Assembly: GCF_006345805.1 (NCBI RefSeq)
Contig: NW_021826688.1
Span: 1-11,363 of the forward strand
DNA: 11,363 nucleotides
Direction: 5' to 3'
Source of the DNA: Octopus sinensis
Lineage: Eukaryota
Shown in pieces: positions 7,368 to 11,363 of the stretch. The notes below the pieces were generated by a model. It worked only from the letters and a program-made list of their open reading frames with translations. It made no database searches and was not told the DNA's origin. The first letter of the stretch is position 1. Every line of letters begins with the position of its first letter. Both the position numbers and the translations under genes were made by a program.

Positions 7368-10340
7368 ATTGAGAGCTGAAAGAAGAGAAAGAAAGCGCCT
7401 ATGTGCTTAAAGAGAGATTGAGAGCTGAAAGAAGAGAAAGAAAGCGTCTATGTGCTTAAAGAGAGATTGAGAGCTGAAAGAAGAGAAAGAAAGCGTCTAT
7501 GTGCTTAAAGAGAGATTGAGAGCTGAAAGAAGAGGAAGAAAGCCTCAATGTGCTTAAAGAGGGGAGTGCTGCTGAAGAAGAGAATGAAAGCGTCTATGTG
7601 CTTAAACAGAGATTGAGAGCTGAAAGAAGAGACAGAAAGCGTCTATGTGCTTAAAGAGAGATTGAGAGCTGAAAGAAGAGAAAGAAAGCGTCTATGTGCT
7701 TAAAGAGAGATTGAGAGCTGAAAGAAGAGAAAGAAAGCGTCTATGTGCTTAAAGAGAGATTGAGAGCTGAAAGAAGAGAAAGAAAGCGTCTATGTGCTTA
7801 AAGAGAGATTGAGAGCTGAAAGAAGAGAAAGAAAGCGTCTATGTGCTTAAAGAGAGATTGAGAGCTGAAAGAAGAGGAAGAAAGCCTCAATGTGCTTAAA
7901 GAGGGAGTGAGAGCTGAAAGAAGAGAATGAAAGCGTCTATGTGCTTAAAGAGAGATTGAGAGCTGAAAGAAGAGAAAGAAAGCGTCTATGTGCTTAAAGA
8001 GAGATTGAGAGCTGAAAGAAGAGAAAGAAAGCGTCTATGTGCTTAAACAGAGATTGAGAGCTGAAAGAAGAGACAGAAAGCGTCTATGTGCTTAAAGAGA
8101 GATTGAGACCTGAAAGAAGAGAAAGAAAGCGTCTATGTGCTTAAAGAGAGATTGAGAGCTGAAAGAAGAGAAAGAAAGCGTCTATGTGCTTAAAGAGAGA
8201 TTGAGAGCTGAAAGAATAGAAAGAAAGCGTCTATGTGCTTAAAGAGAGATTGAGAGCTGAAAGAAGAGAAAGAAAGCGTCTATGTGCTTAAAGAGAGATT
8301 GAGAGCTGAAAGAAGAGAAAGAAAGCGTCTATGTGCTTAAAGAGAGATTGAGAGCTGAAAGAAGAGAAAGAAAGCGTCTATGTGCTTAAAGAGAGATTGA
8401 GAGCTGAAAGAAGAGAAAGAAAGCGTCTATGTGCTTAAAGAGGGATTGAGAGCTGAAAGAAGAGAAAGAAAGCGTCTATGTGCTTAAAGAGAGATTGAGA
8501 GCTGAAAGAATAGAAAGAAAGCGTCTATGTGCTTAAAGGGAGATTGAGAGCTGAAAGAAGAGAAAGAAAGCGTCTATGTGCTTAAAGAGAGATTGAGAGC
8601 TGAAAGAATAGAAAGAAAGCGTCTATGTGCTTAAAGAGAGATTGAGAGCTGAAAGAAGAGAAAGAAAGCGTCTATGTGCTTAAAGAGAGATTGAGAGCTG
8701 AAAGAAGAGAAAGAAAGCGTCTATGTGCTTAAAGAGAGATTGAGAGCTGAAAGAAGAGAAAGAAAGCGTCTATGTGCTTAAAGAGAGATTGAGAGCTGAA
8801 AGAAGAGAAAGAAAGCGTCTATGTGCTTAAAGAGAGATTGAGAGCTGAAAGAAGAGAAAGAAAGCGTCTATGTGCTTAAAGAGAGATTGAGAGCTGAAAG
8901 AAGAGAAAGAAAGCGTCTATGTGCTTAAAGAGAGATTGAGAGCTGAAAGAAGAGAAAGAAAGCGTCTATGTGCTTAAAGAGAGATTGAGAGCTGAAAGAA
9001 GAGAAAGAAAGCGTCTATGTGCTTAAAGAGAGATTGAGTGCTGAAAGAAGAGAAAGAATGCGTCTATGTGCTTAAAGAGAGATTGAGAGCTGAAAGAAGA
9101 GAAAGAAAGCGTCTATGTGCTTAAAGAGAGATTGAGAGCTGAAAGAGAAAAGAAAGCGTCTATGTGCTTAAAGAGAGATTGAGAGCTGAAAGAAGAGAAA
9201 GAAAGCGTCTATGTGCTTAAAGAGAGATTGAGTGCTGAAAGAAGAGAAAGAATGCGTCTATGTGCTTAAAGAGAGATTGAGAGCTGAAAGAAGAGAAAGA
9301 AAGCGTCTATGTGCTTAAAGAGAGATTGAGAGCTGAAAGAAGAGAAAGAAAGCGTCTATGTGCTTAAAGAGATTGAGAGCTGAAAGAAGAGAAAGAAAGC
9401 GTCTATGTGCTTAAAGAGGGATTGAGAGCTGAAAGAAGAGAAAGAAAGCGTCTATGTGCTTAAAGAGAGATTGAGAGCTGAAAGAAGAGAAAGAAAGCGT
9501 CTATGTGCTTAAAGAGATTGAGAGCTGAAAGAAGAGAAAGAAAGCGTCTATGTGCTTAAAGAGGATTGAGAGCTGAAAGAAGAGAAAGAAAGCGTCTATG
9601 TGCTTAAAGAGAGATTGAGAGCTGAAAGAAGAGAAAGAATGCGTCTATGTGCTTAAACAGAGATTGAGAGCTGAAAGAAGAGAAAGAAAGCGTCTATGTG
9701 CTTAAAGAGAGATTGAGAGCTGAAAGAAGAGAAAGAAAGCGTCTATGTGCTTAAACAGAGATTGAGTGCTGAAAGAAGAGAAAGAATGCGTCTATGTGCT
9801 TAAAGAGAGATTGAGAGCTGAAAGAAGAGAAAGAAAGCGTCTATGTGCTTAAAGAGAGATTGAGAGCTGAAAGAAGAGAAAGAATGCGTCTATGTGCTTA
9901 AACAGAGATTGAGAGCTGAAAGAAGAGAAAGAAAGCGTCTATGTGCTTAAAGAGAGATTGAGAGCTGAAAGAAGAGAAAGAAAGCGTCTATGTGCTTAAA
10001 GAGAGATTGAGAGCTGAAAGAAGAGAAAGAATGCGTCTATGTGCTTAAAGAGAGATTGAGAGCTGAAAGAAGAGAAAGAAAGCGTCTATGTGCTTAAAGA
10101 GAGATTGAGAGCTGAAAGAAGAGAAAGAAAGCGTCTATGTGCTTAAAGAGATTGAGAGCTGAAAGAAGAGAAAGAAGCGTCTATGTGCTTAACAGAGATT
10201 GAGAGCTGAAAGAAGAAAGAAAGCGTCTATGTGCTTAAAGAGATTGAGAGCTGAAAGAAGAGAAAGAAAGCGTCTATGTGCTTAAAGAGAGATTGAGAGC
10301 TGAAAGAAGAGAAAGAAAGCGTCTATGTGCTTAAAGAGAG

Positions 10341-11270
10341 ATTGAGTGCTGAAAGAAGAGAAAGAATGCGTCTATGTGCTTAAACAGAGATTGAGTGCTG
10401 AAAGAAGAGAAAGAAAGCGTCTATGTGCTTAAAGAGAGATTGAGTGCTGAAAGAAGAGAAAGAAAGCGTCTATGTGCTTAAACAGAGATTGAGTGCTGAA
10501 AGAAGAGAAAGAAAGCGTCTATGTGCTTAAACAGAGATTGAGTGCTGAAAGAAGAGAAAGAATGCGTCTATGTGCTTAAAGAGAGATTGAGTGCTGAAAG
10601 AAGAGAAAGAAAGCGTCTATGTGCTTAAACAGAGATTGAGTGCTGAAAGAAGAGAAAGAAAGTGTCTATGTGCTTAAAGAGAGATTGAGTGCTGAAAGAA
10701 GAGAAAGAAAGCGTCTATGTGCTTAAAGAGAGATTGAGTGCTGAAAGAAGAGAAAGAAAGCGTCTATGTGCTTAAAGAGAGATTGAGTGCTGAAAGAAGA
10801 GAAAGAAAGCGTCTATGTGCTTAAAGAGAGATTGAGTGCTGAAAGAAGAGAAAGAATGCGTCTATGTGCTTAAAGAGAGATTGAGTGCTGAAAGAAGAGA
10901 AAGAAAGCGTCTATGTGCTTAAAGAGAGATTGAGTGCTGAAAGAAGAGAAAGAATGCGTCTATGTGCTTAAAGAGAGATTGAGTGCTGAAAGAAGAGAAG
11001 AAAGCGTCTATGTGCTTAAAGAGAGATTGAGTGCTGAAAGAAGAGAAAGAATGCGTCTATGTGCTTAAAGAGAGATTGAGTGCTGAAAGAAGAGAAAGAA
11101 AGCGTCTATGTGCTTAAAGAGAGATTGAGTGCTGAAAGAAGAGAAAGAAAGCGTCTATGTGCTTAAAGAGAGATTGAGTGCTGAAAGAAGAGAAAGAATG
11201 CGTCTATGTGCTTAAAGAGAGATTGAGTGCTGAAAGAAGAGAAAGAAAGCGTCTATGTGCTTAAAGAGAG
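10341..11270 (+). repeat. Sub-array of 19 consecutive units fixed for the GAGTGCT variant (A>T)
   Basis: T at 10347, 10396, 10445 and every following unit to 11228 (49-bp steps, one 48-bp step at 10984-11032). Reverts to GAGAGCT at 11277. Confidence 0.95.
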
Positions 11271-11363
11271 ATTGAGAGCTGAAAGAAGAGAAAGACGTCT
11301 ATGTGCTTAAAGAGATTGAGTGCTGAAAGAAGAGAAGAAAGCGTCTATGTGCTTAAAGAGAGA

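Larger units (their letters stand above)
1..11363 (+). repeat. Tandem array (satellite/minisatellite) of a 49-bp purine-rich unit, about 230 copies, filling the whole window
   Basis: Read directly from the sequence: GAGAGCTGAA recurs at 3001 and 3050, GAAGAGAAAG at 6241 and 6290. Consensus GTGCTTAAAGAGAGATTGAGAGCTGAAAGAAGAGAAAGAAAGCGTCTAT. Both window ends fall inside the array. Family and organism not recognised. Confidence 0.99.

Noticed and set aside
1-11363. Repetitive protein-coding gene on the + strand (ELKEEKESVYVLKERLRAERRERKRLCA*)
   Set aside because: 49 is not a multiple of 3, so translation cycles through all phases and meets three stops per 147 nt. The longest open stretch is 28 codons.
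1-11363. Long - strand ORF under a TAA/TAG-reassigned code (translation table 6)
   Set aside because: The consensus - strand lacks TGA simply because the unit is short and pyrimidine-rich. There is no start or stop context, no codon-position pattern in the variants, many frame-breaking indels and no evidence for that code. Under the standard code the longest stretch is 29 codons.
1-11363. CRISPR array (conserved GCGTCTATGTGCTTAA repeat with variable spacers)
   Set aside because: The intervening sequence is the same in every unit apart from small variants. There are no unique spacers, leader or cas genes.
1-11363. Assignment to a named repeat (trypanosome 50-bp repeat, poxvirus terminal repeats, ciliate mitochondrial telomere)
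   Set aside because: Only the unit length is similar. I do not recognise a sequence match and cannot run a search.
1-11363. Promoters, ribosome-binding sites or terminators (GAGG/GGAG motifs, T-rich tract in the inversion)
   Set aside because: These are chance products of a GA-rich repeat, with no associated ORF or GC-rich hairpin.

Overview
The whole 11,363-bp window is one tandem array (satellite/minisatellite) of a 49-bp unit, about 230 copies. The consensus is GTGCTTAAAGAGAGATTGAGAGCTGAAAGAAGAGAAAGAAAGCGTCTAT (21 A, 15 G, 9 T, 4 C; about 39% GC; 73% purine on the + strand). I find no genes, RNA genes, CRISPR spacers or transposon ends, and no unique flanking sequence, so I cannot name the organism or repeat family. 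The structure that is present lies inside the array: (1) a 300-bp, 6-unit inverted block at 5045-5344 with 3-nt and 4-nt microhomology junctions and raised divergence; (2) a derived 46-bp core-less unit that occurs six times, always in pairs, including an 'almost perfect' 109-bp dimer just upstream of the inversion; (3) diagnostic-variant haplotypes repeated at fixed offsets (342, 881, 4207 bp); (4) a 19-unit run fixed for one variant near the right end, with the same variant at the left end but absent from the middle; (5) deletion-rich ends that look like low-coverage long-read error. The sequence does not support a new protein-coding system. The interest is in satellite-array evolution and possible assembly artefacts.
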